DNA of 64,000 bases. Origin: Hyphomonadaceae bacterium (GTDB lineage: Bacteria; Pseudomonadota; Alphaproteobacteria; Caulobacterales; Hyphomonadaceae). Shown here piece after piece: positions 1-9,568 of the stretch. The translations under genes were made by a program, and so were the position numbers. Each line of letters opens with the position of its first letter. Position 1 is the first letter of the stretch. Location: contig CANJIL010000006.1 in the NCBI GenBank assembly GCA_947474455.1, positions 4,037-68,036 of the forward strand. The letters run 5' to 3'. A model generated the notes under the pieces. It was given only the letters and a program-made list of their open reading frames with translations, searched no databases and was not told where the DNA came from.

Positions 1-887
1 ATGAAATCAATCCACAGCAGCCGGTAGCGTGTCGAAAAGCGATGCTGTCTCACCAGTTTCGCTTCTGCCGAAGACAGGCGGCGCGAAGCCAGTAGCCGGC
101 TGTCGGCGGCCTCCAGCGCGGCAAGGTCTTTCCGATTATGCATCAGCGATAGCGAATTGCTGCGCATCACGCTGACATAGCCTGTCCACGGAATCAGCCG
201 CATCTTGGCGCCAAGGCTCAGTGCGCGGGCGTAAATGTCGTAGTCCTCGCCCAGCCGCATGCTCTCGTCATAGGAAAGCCCATGCCGCTCAAGGAAGGCG
301 CGGCGCATCATCGGCTTGAGAAAGCCCAGCTCTCGCCGCATGCGCGAGCCTCGGGTAATGTTGTTTCCCACGAAGAAGCTGAAATCGACGTCGATGGGCG
401 CAGCATTTCTGCGTTCGAACCAGAGCATACGTCCCGCTGCCCCCGACTGGCCTTCCGGGGTCTGCATCAGGTCGTCGGCGATTAGGTCGTAACCCTTGTC
501 CGACAGCGCCATCATGGGTCCAAGTCGGCCGGGCTCGAAGAAATCATCGCTGTCCAGAATTGTGATCCACGGCGCCTTGCTGGCCCGGATCGCAACGTTA
601 CGGGCGCGCGAGGGCCCCGAATTGGCATCCAGGACCAGAACGGTCAGCCGGCCTGTGCCGTCGTCTGCCGCCCGGGCGGCGGTCAACGTCGCTCCGTCAT
701 CATTTGATGCATCGTCCACCACGACCACTTCAGCCGTTTCCGGCTGGGCGAGGGCGGATGCGATGGCGCGGGTGATCGTTCCCGCGGCCCGCCAGGCGGC
801 GATCACCACCGTGACTTGGCGACGCACGGGTTCGTTAACGCCTGCGGGCGCATTCAAGCCGGAGGTGATCGAGGGGTGAGCGAGCAT
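1..887 (-). CDS. glycosyltransferase family 2 protein (3' end runs off the window)
   Basis: Own translation of minus strand from ATG at 887: MLAHPSITSG..VTVVIAAWRAAGTITRAIASALAQ..VVVVDDASNDDG..ILDSDDFF..GEDYDIY, typical GT-A fold motifs. No stop before position 1. Track ORFs 282..485 and 496..879 (+) are shadows of it. Confidence 0.75.
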   Translation of the reverse strand, partial: MLAHPSITSGLNAPAGVNEPVRRQVTVVIAAWRAAGTITRAIASALAQPETAEVVVVDDASNDDGATLTAARAADDGTGRLTVLVLDANSGPSRARNVAIRASKAPWITILDSDDFFEPGRLGPMMALSDKGYDLIADDLMQTPEGQSGAAGRMLWFERRNAAPIDVDFSFFVGNNITRGSRMRRELGFLKPMMRRAFLERHGLSYDESMRLGEDYDIYARALSLGAKMRLIPWTGYVSVMRSNSLSLMHNRKDLAALEAADSRLLASRRLSSAEAKLVRQHRFSTRYRLLWIDF

Positions 888-1150
888 GGTCGTCGGGGCT
901 GCAAGATCGCCGCCAGCACTGGCGATTCGGGGGTTTAACGCTTCATAGGCAAGTAATGCCGGTTACCGTATCTGGTCGTTGAAGTTCTCCGCCAAGTCCT
1001 GATGACGCTGACTCACGGCTTTGTCGTGCTTCTACAGGTCGCCCGCTGGGTGAAACTGTATTATCCATCGGTCTTGAACCCGCTTTAATGCAGGCTCAAC
1101 TACTGGAGGACACTAATCTCCAGACACGTGCACTCAGGAGGAACGGGCCT

Positions 1151-2356
1151 ATGCCCTGGAACGACAACAAGGGCAGTGGCGGCGGCGGTGGTCCCTGGGG
1201 CGGCGGCGGCAACAACAATGGCGGCAGCGGCGGTGGGGACAGTCCATGGGGCAAGCCCGGCGGCGGTTCGGGCGGCGGCAGCAAGGGTGGCAGTGGTGGC
1301 GGCGGCAAGGATCGCCCTGACCTTGAGGAAACGCTGCGCCGCATGCAGGAACGCTTCAAGCGTAAGGACACGGGCGGCGCGGGCGGCGGATCGCGCGGCG
1401 GTGGCGGCGGCCTGGGAGGACGCGGCGGGCGGAGCTTCGGCATGGCCGGCCTCGTCATCATTCTTGCCATCGGCATCGTCGGCTGGCTGTTCACTGGCAT
1501 CTATCAGGTGAACGAACAGGAGCGTGCTGTCGTCATGCGCTTCGGCATCTTCCATCGCTACGAAGAACCGGGCTTCCGCATCCGCCTGCCCAACCCGATC
1601 GAGCGCCACATCGTCGTGCCGGTCAACACCGAGATCCGCACCGAGATCGGCGGCAGCCAGGCCACCAATCTGATGCTGACGGGCGATGAGAACATCATCG
1701 ACGTCGACTTTGTCATCAACTGGCGGGTCTACGAACCACGCGACTATCTCTTCAACGTCGTCGACACCGAAGGCGGCGATCCTGACAACCACGTTCTCGT
1801 CGAGCAGATCGGTGAAAGCGCGATGCGCGAAGTGGTGGGCACCTCGGCGTTCGAGCCCATCACCACCAGCGACCGCACGACCGTCGAGACCCGCGTGCGC
1901 GACCTCATGCAGCAGACGCTGAACTCCTACAAGGCGGGCATCGAGGTCATCTCGATCTCGCTGCGCGGCGCGTCGGCCCCGGAAGAAGTGGTCAGCGTCC
2001 AGCGCGAAGTCTCCAGCGCCGAACAGGATAAGGCCAAGCGCGAGGCGGAAGCCATCGCCTACCGCAACAAGGTTGTGCCCGAGGCCGAAGGTCAGGCCCA
2101 GCGTACGATCCAGGAAGCCGAAGGCTACAAGGCCGCTTCCGTCGCCAACGCCCGCGGTGAAGCTGATCGCTTCAACCTCATCTACGAACAGTTCAAGGCC
2201 GCGCCCCGCGTCACCCGCGAACGCATGTTCATCGAGACGATGGAGCGCGTCGTCGGACGCACCGAGCAGACAATCCTCGACAGCAGGTCCGGCGCGGTTC
2301 CAATTCTGCCGCTCGACCAGCTGCGCGGACGCCAACAACCGCAGCAGGGGCAATAG
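1151..2356 (+). CDS. hflK: FtsH protease modulator HflK (SPFH/band-7), Gly-rich N-terminus
   Basis: Track ORF 1088..2356. MPWNDNKGSGGGGGPWGG.. is the usual HflK N-terminus. AGGAGGAA lies about 7 nt upstream of the ATG at 1151, so the internal start is preferred. TM segment then SPFH domain; followed directly by hflC. Confidence 0.9.
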   Translation: MPWNDNKGSGGGGGPWGGGGNNNGGSGGGDSPWGKPGGGSGGGSKGGSGGGGKDRPDLEETLRRMQERFKRKDTGGAGGGSRGGGGGLGGRGGRSFGMAGLVIILAIGIVGWLFTGIYQVNEQERAVVMRFGIFHRYEEPGFRIRLPNPIERHIVVPVNTEIRTEIGGSQATNLMLTGDENIIDVDFVINWRVYEPRDYLFNVVDTEGGDPDNHVLVEQIGESAMREVVGTSAFEPITTSDRTTVETRVRDLMQQTLNSYKAGIEVISISLRGASAPEEVVSVQREVSSAEQDKAKREAEAIAYRNKVVPEAEGQAQRTIQEAEGYKAASVANARGEADRFNLIYEQFKAAPRVTRERMFIETMERVVGRTEQTILDSRSGAVPILPLDQLRGRQQPQQGQ

Positions 2357-2358
2357 CC

Positions 2359-3243
2359 ATGCAGAGGCTCCTCATCATCGGCGGCGTCATTGCTGCGGCG
2401 GCGATCATCGTTCTCGCAAACGCTTTCTACATCGTCTCGCAGGACCAGCAGGCCATCGTGCTGCGCTTCGGCCAGTACCAATACGCCGTCAACGCCGACG
2501 GCGCAGAACGCAAGGCTGGCCTGCACTTCAAAGTGCCGGTTGTCGAGAACGTGATCTACTACGACCGCCGCAACATGGGCTTCGACCTGGAATCGGCGGA
2601 GATCATCGCCGCCGACCAGCAGCGTCTCAACGTAGATGCCATCGCCCGCTGGCGCATCAAGGATCCGACCCAGTTCTTCCGCGCCGCGACCAGCATGGAA
2701 AACGGCCTCGCCCAGCTGCGCCAGCGCTTCAACGCAGCGCTCCGCGGCGAACTCGGCAAGGTCAGTCAGCCCGACATCATCTCCGGCCAGCGCGCGAGCG
2801 TGATGCAGCGCATCCGCACCGCCCTGCAGGCCCAGATGACGACGCTCGGCATCGAGATCATAGATGTCCGCATCCGCCAGGCCGACCTGCCCGAAGCGAA
2901 CTCCCAGCGCGTCTACGAGCGCATGAAGTCCCAGCTCCAACAGAAGGTGAACCAGTACCGCGCCGAAGGCGAAGGCCTCTACCTGTCGATCGTCGGCGAA
3001 GCTGACAAGCAGGTCGAAGTGATCCTCGCCGAGGCCAACCAGAAGTCGCAGGTTCTGCGAGGCGAGGGCGACGCCGAGCGGAACAAGATCTACGCGTCCG
3101 CCTATGGCAAAGACCCGGAGTTCTTTTCATTCTACCGGTCGCTCGAGGCCTACGACAAGGCGATCAAGGCCGGCACGCCCTTTGTGATGTCACCGGACAG
3201 CGACTTCTTCCGCTACTTCGGCAGACTCGACGGCCGCCGTTAG
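2359..3243 (+). CDS. hflC: FtsH protease modulator HflC (SPFH/band-7)
   Basis: 294 aa with an N-terminal TM (LLIIGGVIAAAAIIVLANAFYIV) and an SPFH domain. Starts 3 nt after the hflK stop, the conserved hflK-hflC order. Confidence 0.9.
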   Translation: MQRLLIIGGVIAAAAIIVLANAFYIVSQDQQAIVLRFGQYQYAVNADGAERKAGLHFKVPVVENVIYYDRRNMGFDLESAEIIAADQQRLNVDAIARWRIKDPTQFFRAATSMENGLAQLRQRFNAALRGELGKVSQPDIISGQRASVMQRIRTALQAQMTTLGIEIIDVRIRQADLPEANSQRVYERMKSQLQQKVNQYRAEGEGLYLSIVGEADKQVEVILAEANQKSQVLRGEGDAERNKIYASAYGKDPEFFSFYRSLEAYDKAIKAGTPFVMSPDSDFFRYFGRLDGRR

Positions 3244-3252
3244 TCAAGCTGC

Positions 3253-3286
3253 GGCGAGCAATGGCTTTCACGGCGCATTGCTCGCC
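3253..3286 (+). terminator. hairpin downstream of hflC (11-bp perfect stem GGCGAGCAATG/CATTGCTCGCC)
   Basis: Seen directly 10 nt after the hflC TAG. There is no clear T-tract, so the terminator call is tentative. Confidence 0.4.
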
Positions 3287-3630
3287 TCACAGCGGCGCCT
3301 TACCTTTCTTGCAGAGCGCACGGGCCCGACCCGCATGCCGGACTCCTGTCCCGAATTTCCTGCAGACGAGCTCGACGAAACGCGAGAGTTCGCGCCGCCC
3401 CCGGCGCACGCTGGTGCTCAACGGTCCCGCCTTGACCTCCGGCCTCGCCAAACTACTTGCGGACAAGAACGAAGAACAACGCCGCGCGCCGCCGTTTCGC
3501 CGCTCTATGCAGATCCCGCGAAACTCCCGCTCGCACTGTTCTTCTGCGAGACTATCGACCCGCTGATCGACGACAGCAGCTTGATGGCCGGGCGCTGAAA
3601 CGCCGCCAACAGCAACGCCCGTTTCTAAAG

Positions 3631-3894
3631 TTGTCGAACCGCGCCCGATGGACCATCCTCATCGGTTTCACGCTTGTCGTCACCGTCGCCTGCGCCGCCC
3701 GGCCAATGGGCGGGCTGGATTCGCCCGCCTTCTTCAACGGCGTCATCGACGGCTTGCTGGCGCCGGTCTCCTTTGTCTTCAGCCTCTTCTCCGACACGGC
3801 GCACATGTACGCCTTTCCGAATGTCGGCCGCCAGTACGGTTTCGGATTCCTGCTCGGGATCGGCTGCTGGGCGGCGGTTCGACCGTTGTGGTGA
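3631..3894 (+). CDS. small membrane protein, unknown function
   Basis: C-terminal part of track ORF 3457..3894: SNRARWTILIGFTLVVTVACAA..FFNGVIDGLLAPVSFVFSLFSD..YGFGFLLGIGCWAAV has 2-3 hydrophobic helices. The Arg-rich 5' part of the ORF looks non-coding. The TTG start at 3631 is a guess. Confidence 0.4.
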   Translation: MSNRARWTILIGFTLVVTVACAARPMGGLDSPAFFNGVIDGLLAPVSFVFSLFSDTAHMYAFPNVGRQYGFGFLLGIGCWAAVRPLW

Positions 3895-3898
3895 GACG

Positions 3899-4342
3899 TT
3901 AGCGCTTTCTCGGCTGGGTTGGCAGCGCCAGATAGGCCGCCTCGCTCATTGTCGAGAATGCCTCTATCAGCCATACGCCGTTTTTCGTCTCGCCAAGCTC
4001 GATCGTGTAGACATCGCCGTCCACCGGATAGCCCACCCGAACTATCGCATCGTTACGCTCATAGCGCGGCTGGTCGACCTTGCCGCCATCCCTCGCCAAA
4101 AGCTCCACCATCTCTGGCACGAAGATGCTTTTGTATTCTTCGCTTGCCGCGCCGCCCGCCAGTGCGCCCTTCACCACATCGAGATTGATCTGATCCAGCA
4201 GCGGCAGCATGCGCGATAGGTCCCGCACATTGTAGGCAGCGACGAACCCGCGCGTCACCGAAGCGGGGTCTTTCATGTCCACCGGCGCCGGGCGACCACA
4301 GGCGGCCGATGCAAGAGCCGCCAGTGCAGCAAGCCTTCGCAT
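3899..4342 (-). CDS. lipoprotein, unknown function
   Basis: 147 aa. Signal peptide with lipobox MRRLAALAALASAAC. Good GC3 coding pattern. Its ATG abuts the ald stop codon (ald's TGA ends at 4342, where this ATG begins). Confidence 0.6.
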   Translation of the reverse strand: MRRLAALAALASAACGRPAPVDMKDPASVTRGFVAAYNVRDLSRMLPLLDQINLDVVKGALAGGAASEEYKSIFVPEMVELLARDGGKVDQPRYERNDAIVRVGYPVDGDVYTIELGETKNGVWLIEAFSTMSEAAYLALPTQPRKR

Positions 4343-5457
4343 CAGGTCTCCAGCCAGCCCGGCTTGCCGAAGGGCAGGTCGAGGTCATGCGCCACGGCGG
4401 CATGGGTGATCTTGCCATCGGCGACGTTCAGCCCCTCGGCCAGGTGAGGATCGGTCTTCAGCGCCTCGCGCGTGCCCTTGTTGGCGAGGTCGAGTGCAAA
4501 CGGCAGCGTCACATTGTTTAGCGCATAGGTCGATGTGCGCGGCACGGCGCCCGGCATGTTGGCCACGCAGTAGTGCAGGATGCCGTCGATCTCGTAGATC
4601 GGGTCATCGTGCGTGGTCGGCCGCGACGTCTCGAAACACCCCCCCTGGTCGATCGAGATATCGACCAGCACGGCGCCCGGTCGCATGTCCTTGAGATGCG
4701 CGCGCGTCACCAGCTTGGGCGCTGCAGCGCCCGGGATCAGCACGGCGCCGATCACGAGATCGGCTTCCAGGACGGCGCGATCGATTGCCGCCTGCGTCGC
4801 GTAGACCGTGTCGACCGCCCCCGCGAACTGCACGTCGAGTTCCTCCAGCCGTGGCATCGACCGGTCGAAAACCGTCACGTTCGCCCGCGCGCCGTTCGCC
4901 ATCTCCGCCGCATGCACGCCGGCGACGCCGCCGCCGAGGATGACCACATTGGCCGGCGGCACACCCGGCACGCCGCCCAGCAGAAGGCCGCGTCCGCGCT
5001 TCGTCTTCATCAGCGCATACGCGCCGACATTGATCGACATCCGCCCCGCCACCTGGCTCATCGGCTGCAGCAATGGCAGGCGACCCGCGCGGTTCGTCAC
5101 CGTCTCGTACGCAATGCACGTTGCTCCCGATTTCATCAGCGCTTCGGCTTGCGGCTTGTCGGCGGCCAGGTGCAGGTAGGTGAACAGCGTGTGGTGCGGA
5201 TTCAGCATCGCGCACTCGATCGGCTGTGGCTCCTTCACCTTCACGATCATCTCGGCAGCGGCGAACACATCCGCTGCCGTGCCCAGCATCTGCGCGCCTG
5301 CCTTTAGATAGTCCGAGTCGGTTGCGCCCAGCCCCATCCCGGCGCCTGACTGTACAAACACGTCGTGCCCGGCCCGCGTCAGCTCCATCACGCTCTCCGG
5401 CGTGAGACCGATGCGGTATTCCTGCGTCTTTATCTCTTTCGGAACGCCAATCTTCAT
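4342..5457 (-). CDS. ald: alanine dehydrogenase
   Basis: 371 aa. MKIGVPKEIKTQEYRIGLTPESV.. and the Rossmann motif VVILGGGVAGVHAA are the classic Ald signature and length. Confidence 0.93.
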   Translation of the reverse strand: MKIGVPKEIKTQEYRIGLTPESVMELTRAGHDVFVQSGAGMGLGATDSDYLKAGAQMLGTAADVFAAAEMIVKVKEPQPIECAMLNPHHTLFTYLHLAADKPQAEALMKSGATCIAYETVTNRAGRLPLLQPMSQVAGRMSINVGAYALMKTKRGRGLLLGGVPGVPPANVVILGGGVAGVHAAEMANGARANVTVFDRSMPRLEELDVQFAGAVDTVYATQAAIDRAVLEADLVIGAVLIPGAAAPKLVTRAHLKDMRPGAVLVDISIDQGGCFETSRPTTHDDPIYEIDGILHYCVANMPGAVPRTSTYALNNVTLPFALDLANKGTREALKTDPHLAEGLNVADGKITHAAVAHDLDLPFGKPGWLET

Positions 5458-5576
5458 GCCGCTCTCCTCAGCCGTTGGGGCTGCTTATGCCAGAATCCAG
5501 CGCTTCAGCGCCAGAGCGTTGCGCGGTGAGTTATGCCCATTTCGGTGCGCAGGAAGACGCTGCATAGAAAAAAGCA

Positions 5577-6440
5577 TCAGTGGCCATGCGCTGGTCGTGC
5601 ATCTAGCGTGGTTAGAAAGGCGCGGAGGTCCTTCGCGGTTGCATTCGACAACTGCACCATCGGCGTGTGCCCGCCGCCGGGATAGATCACCAATTGCGCA
5701 CCAGGAATCGCAGCCGCGATTGCGCGCGCGTCATCAACCGGGATTATCGCATCCTCTTCGCCCGCCATCACCAGCACTGGGATACGCAATGCGTGAAAGT
5801 CTAGCGGCGTCCAGGGCCGCGCTGGGCGTGTGTCCTGGGTCAGCAGAATATCGCGATGTCCCTCCGCCATCGCAAGACCGACATAGCGGTCGACAATCTC
5901 ATCCGTGACGAAGGATGCGTCGTGGTAAGCCGATCTGAGCCCCCAGCCTGCGAAAAGACGTGGGTCGAACAGCTTGATCAACCAGCGCCCCACCGGCTTG
6001 TTAAGCAGCCCGACAAGCGGTGGGGGTCCACTATCGCTCCGGGGCCATCCGGCCGTGTCGACCAGCACTAGCCCGTCGAGCGGGTCACCATATGCCATGG
6101 CATACGCCAGCGCCACTGCACCGCCCATGGAATTGCCGGTCAGCACGAAGGTGCGCAATCCTGTCTCGTCCGCCAGCGCACCTATCAGCGCCGCGTTGCT
6201 TTCCAGCGTCGCCCGGTATTCAGCCGATGTCTGCGTGAGCCCATGTCCCGGAAGGTCTATTGCGACCAGTCGATAGTCAGGCGCCAGCTGTTCCACCCAT
6301 GGTCGCCAGGCGTGAATTGACGCCGCAAAGCCATGCACCAATATCAACGCCCGTCCCTCACGATTGCCCTCGTCCGTGTAATGGATGCGGACGCCCGGTT
6401 CGGGCTCAAACGTGCGTGAGGACGGAAGACCGTAGCGCAC
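5577..6440 (-). CDS. alpha/beta-fold hydrolase
   Basis: 287 aa. HG oxyanion motif (LILVHGFAAS), nucleophile elbow GNSMGG, C-terminal GGH. Confidence 0.85.
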   Translation of the reverse strand: MRYGLPSSRTFEPEPGVRIHYTDEGNREGRALILVHGFAASIHAWRPWVEQLAPDYRLVAIDLPGHGLTQTSAEYRATLESNAALIGALADETGLRTFVLTGNSMGGAVALAYAMAYGDPLDGLVLVDTAGWPRSDSGPPPLVGLLNKPVGRWLIKLFDPRLFAGWGLRSAYHDASFVTDEIVDRYVGLAMAEGHRDILLTQDTRPARPWTPLDFHALRIPVLVMAGEEDAIIPVDDARAIAAAIPGAQLVIYPGGGHTPMVQLSNATAKDLRAFLTTLDARPAHGH

Positions 6441-6690
6441 GGTCAGATCGGCATGGGATATTTCCGCGCGTCGTGCAGGCTGCCATTGTCCCGGCAGGCA
6501 CGAATGCTCCAGCTAGCGCTACTAGGATGCCTCTTGCGCGATTGCCCAGTCCGCGTCTCCGTCAAGCCAATCCGCGCACTGATACACTATGGATCCCATG
6601 CACCAATAACTCATGTGCGGCAACGCGGCGCGGAGCCGTCGTTTCGCGATGCGCTAGGGTTTTCGCGTTGCTGGGCAACTGGAGAGACGC

Positions 6691-7269
6691 ATGTCACCGG
6701 GCCACGTTGCGCCCCTGCGCGCGTTCCTTGCGGACCGGCCAGCGACATGGGGCCTTGCGGGCGTGCTGGCGGGAAGCTGGCTGATCGCCGCTTCCTCCTG
6801 GATTTCGACTCCGATGTATCCGGTGCCCATGACGCTGCAGACCTTCGCGATCCTGCTCGTCGCCGGCCTCGCCGGGGCGCGCCTCGCGGCGGCAAGCGTC
6901 ATCACCTGGCTCGCGCTGTCGGCGATAGGTCTGCCGCTGCTGGCCGACGGGGCAGGCGGCCTCGATCCATTCTCAGGCCCAACCGGCGGATATCTCGCCG
7001 GCTTCGTCATTGCCGCCTTCGCCTGCGGTTGGCTCACCGAAAAACCCGCCATGCGCGGCTGGCTCCCCATGATGGTCGTCTTTCTTCTCGGCCACGTCAT
7101 CATCCTCACCGCAGGCTGGCTCCGCCTCGTCGCGCTCCTCGGTCCGCAACCCGCTTGGGACATGGGCGTCTCTCCCTTCCTCGCCGGCGCCATCCTGAAA
7201 TCAGCCCTCGCCGTCGCCATGGTGAAACTCCTGGAGCCGTGGGTAAGGCGCGCGGTCAGGGTTGATTGA
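6691..7269 (+). CDS. bioY: biotin transporter BioY
   Basis: 192 aa, 5-6 TM. PVPMTLQTFAILLVAGLAG..GPTGGYLAGFVIAAF are characteristic BioY motifs. Confidence 0.85.
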   Translation: MSPGHVAPLRAFLADRPATWGLAGVLAGSWLIAASSWISTPMYPVPMTLQTFAILLVAGLAGARLAAASVITWLALSAIGLPLLADGAGGLDPFSGPTGGYLAGFVIAAFACGWLTEKPAMRGWLPMMVVFLLGHVIILTAGWLRLVALLGPQPAWDMGVSPFLAGAILKSALAVAMVKLLEPWVRRAVRVD

Positions 7270-7289
7270 TCTGGCGTCAGTAAGCACGC

Positions 7290-7346
7290 CCTCGTCCTTC
7301 GAGACGAGCCCTTCTGGCTCTCCTCAGACCGGCGGGCTACGAGGAG
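7290..7346. repeat. GC-rich palindromic intergenic element (REP-like)
   Basis: CCTCGTCCTTCGAGACGAGCCCTTCTGGCTCTCCTCAGACCGGCGGGCTACGAGGAG has nested inverted repeats (CTCGTC/GACGAG, CCTCGT/ACGAGG). It resembles the common alphaproteobacterial intergenic palindromes. Confidence 0.4.
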
Positions 7347-7684
7347 AAAATTTTAGGAAGTCCCGTTCCGCAGTCGGGCGACGGCATCAGGAAGTGAAGG
7401 TGCAAATCGCCCCCGACACTCACATGGCTTGCGAGCGGTGACGTCAATTGCACACCGTCCAGCTCACTTGTGAGCAAATCGACAGGCATGGATTCGCCTT
7501 GCCGAGATCGAAACGTCGTTAGGCTCGCAATCCGGTCGCCATGCGCTTATGCAAGCGTTGCGATGGCCTCTTCGCACTTGCGGCGATCATCCTCAGGGAT
7601 CGGCCTTCTTCAAACCCTAAGAAACGATCCTGCGTACGAACATCCTGCGACCACGTCTGAGAACCAGAACCCGTGCTCCAATAC

Positions 7685-9388
7685 CTAAGCCGCCTCAGTT
7701 TCCGCCTCGTCCTCGCGCTGCTTGTCCTCCAGACCGCGCCGCTCAAGCTCGTCGGCGATCCACGCTGCAATCACCTTCTGCTCGACGCCAAGTTCCGTCA
7801 GCAGGTCCGTCACCAATTCAACACCGCGCGGCTCAGCATGCGCAAGATGCGCGCGGAACCCTAGGCCGGCCTGCCGCACACGCTCTGCGGCTGTCATCAC
7901 CGCAACGAAGCGTGGCGGCGGCTTGCCGCCCGCCGCCGGACCGGTCTGCGGCGCCGCAAGGCCTGATCCGCCCAGCACGATCGCCCGCGCCCGCGCCACG
8001 CCGATTGTCTCCATGAGCCGCGCGTCCTTCGCATCGCCAAACACGATCGTGTAGCCGTCCGACGCCGCCGACACAAAGCGCTCCGGCGCGGCCTCCACGG
8101 CGACATAGGGAATATGGTGATCGCGCAGTGCATCCGCCGCCAGCCGCGCCTCGGGTGTCATGCCGAAGATCAGCACCGGCTCCTCCTGCGCCGCATCGGC
8201 CGCGTCAGTCGCGATCGTCTTCGATCTCTCCGCCAGCAGCTTCGCGATATGCAGGCCGAGCGACGTCCAGATCGGCGCGGCCACCAGCGTCACTGCCACC
8301 GCCGCGGTGATCACGCCCGCCCAATTGCCTGGCATCGCCCCCGATATCGACGCGATCCCTACCACGACCAGCGTGAACTCCGATCCCTGGCCCAGCAGGA
8401 AGCCGAGCTGCGTCGCACCCGGTATCGCCCAGCCATTCAGCCGCGCCGCCGCGAACACCACCACCGTCTTGAGAATCACGATAACCAGCGCCGTCAGCAG
8501 CACGGCCGGCCAGATCGCGGCCATCGCCGGCAGGTTCACGCCCATGCCCACGCTCATGAAGAACAGGCCCAGCAGCAGCCCAGCGAACGGCTTCACTTCG
8601 CTCTGCACGACATGGCGATAGGGCGTATCCGACACCGCCATGCCCGCCAGGAAGGCGCCCAGCGTCAGCGACAGGTCCGCCCGCGCGCTCGCCGCGCTCG
8701 CCGCCAGCACGATGAACAGCGCCACGACCGTGAAGGTCTCGCGATTGTCCGTCGCCGCCAGCGACCTGAACAGCGGCCGCACCACAAACCGCCCGGCGAG
8801 GATCGCGAGCGCCAGCGCCACCACCGCCTTGCCCAGCACAATCAGCGCCTCCATGCCCAGCATGTTCGGATCACCGCCCAGCGACGCTGCAAAGGTGAGC
8901 AGGAAGATCGCGACAATGTCCTGCGCCACCAGCACCGCCGTGGCCGAGCGCCCCATCGGGCATCCCGGCTGGTTTCTGTCCGAAAGTATCCGCGCCACCA
9001 CTGCCGTGGATGAGAGGGCGAGCGACACGCCCACTAGCGCCGCCACTGGCCAGGGAAACCCGAACGCCACCCCGATTGCAGCAAACGCTCCGCCGCACAG
9101 GATTATCTGCAGCGGCGCCAGCCCGATCATGTCGTCGCGCCGTGTGCCTATCTCCCGCAGCGAAAAGTGCAGGCCGATGTCGAACAGCAGGAACACCACG
9201 CCCAGGTCGGCGAGGAAGTGCGAGGTCTCATTGTTCTGGACGAGCCCGAAGCCCGACGGGCCGATCACCAGCCCGGCCACCAGATACCCTACGATCGGGC
9301 TCAGCCGCACGGCGCGCGAGGCCAGCGCTGCGGCGAGCCCTGCGCCCAGATAGATGATCGCCGGCTGGAGGGTTTCGACCGCCGTCAT
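7685..9388 (-). CDS. monovalent cation:proton antiporter-2 (CPA2, Kef-type) with C-terminal TrkA-N/RCK domain
   Basis: 567 aa. The N-terminus LSPIVGYLVAGLVIGPSGFGLV is the CPA2 signature. About 12 TM, then a soluble domain (VLIFGMTPEARLAADAL) and an acidic tail. Confidence 0.88.
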   Translation of the reverse strand: MTAVETLQPAIIYLGAGLAAALASRAVRLSPIVGYLVAGLVIGPSGFGLVQNNETSHFLADLGVVFLLFDIGLHFSLREIGTRRDDMIGLAPLQIILCGGAFAAIGVAFGFPWPVAALVGVSLALSSTAVVARILSDRNQPGCPMGRSATAVLVAQDIVAIFLLTFAASLGGDPNMLGMEALIVLGKAVVALALAILAGRFVVRPLFRSLAATDNRETFTVVALFIVLAASAASARADLSLTLGAFLAGMAVSDTPYRHVVQSEVKPFAGLLLGLFFMSVGMGVNLPAMAAIWPAVLLTALVIVILKTVVVFAAARLNGWAIPGATQLGFLLGQGSEFTLVVVGIASISGAMPGNWAGVITAAVAVTLVAAPIWTSLGLHIAKLLAERSKTIATDAADAAQEEPVLIFGMTPEARLAADALRDHHIPYVAVEAAPERFVSAASDGYTIVFGDAKDARLMETIGVARARAIVLGGSGLAAPQTGPAAGGKPPPRFVAVMTAAERVRQAGLGFRAHLAHAEPRGVELVTDLLTELGVEQKVIAAWIADELERRGLEDKQREDEAETEAA

Positions 9389-9465
9389 TGCCGTCCTCCT
9401 CTCCCTATTACACCGCCCCGTTGTCTGTGCCCCGGCTCTGCTTAACGGGCGCCTTCGCGAACGCC

Positions 9466-9504
9466 TGAAAACGAAGAAGCCGCCGCGAAATCCGCGGCGG
9501 CTTC
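9466..9504 (-). terminator. rho-independent terminator of the porin gene
   Basis: 12-bp perfect stem GAAGCCGCCGCG/CGCGGCGGCTTC (9476-9504). On the minus strand it is followed by TTCGTTTTC. Lies 65 nt downstream of the 9569 stop. Confidence 0.6.
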
Positions 9505-9568
9505 ACTGTTTCGACGGCCATGCCGTCAGGCAACCGTTATTTCAGTCCCGGCCGCAGCCAGCCCAAAA

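Noticed and set aside
282-879. Track ORFs 282..485 and 496..879 on the + strand.
   Set aside because: The minus strand over the same region translates into a clean GT2 glycosyltransferase with no stop from 887 to the window edge. The + ORFs have noise-like composition.
1100-2353. 417-aa antisense ORF covering hflK. Similar long shadows lie opposite real genes at 21449..22909, 31173..32183, 43414..44874, 51314..52408, 57006..58430, 61674..62579, 52872..54023 and 15044..15874.
   Set aside because: Arg/Ala/Pro/Gly-rich composition with no motifs, each lying exactly opposite a gene with strong family signatures. This is the typical stop-poor antisense frame of high-GC DNA.
7337-7489. Unlisted 50-codon minus-strand ORF (MPVDLLTSELDGVQLTSPLASHVSVGGDLHLHFLMPSPDCGTGLPKIFSS) in the lower-GC 415-bp gap between bioY and the Kef gene.
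   Set aside because: There is no convincing SD, its 3' end runs into a REP-like palindrome, codon bias is weak, and no family is recognised. Kept only as a note that the gap looks like degraded foreign or relic DNA.
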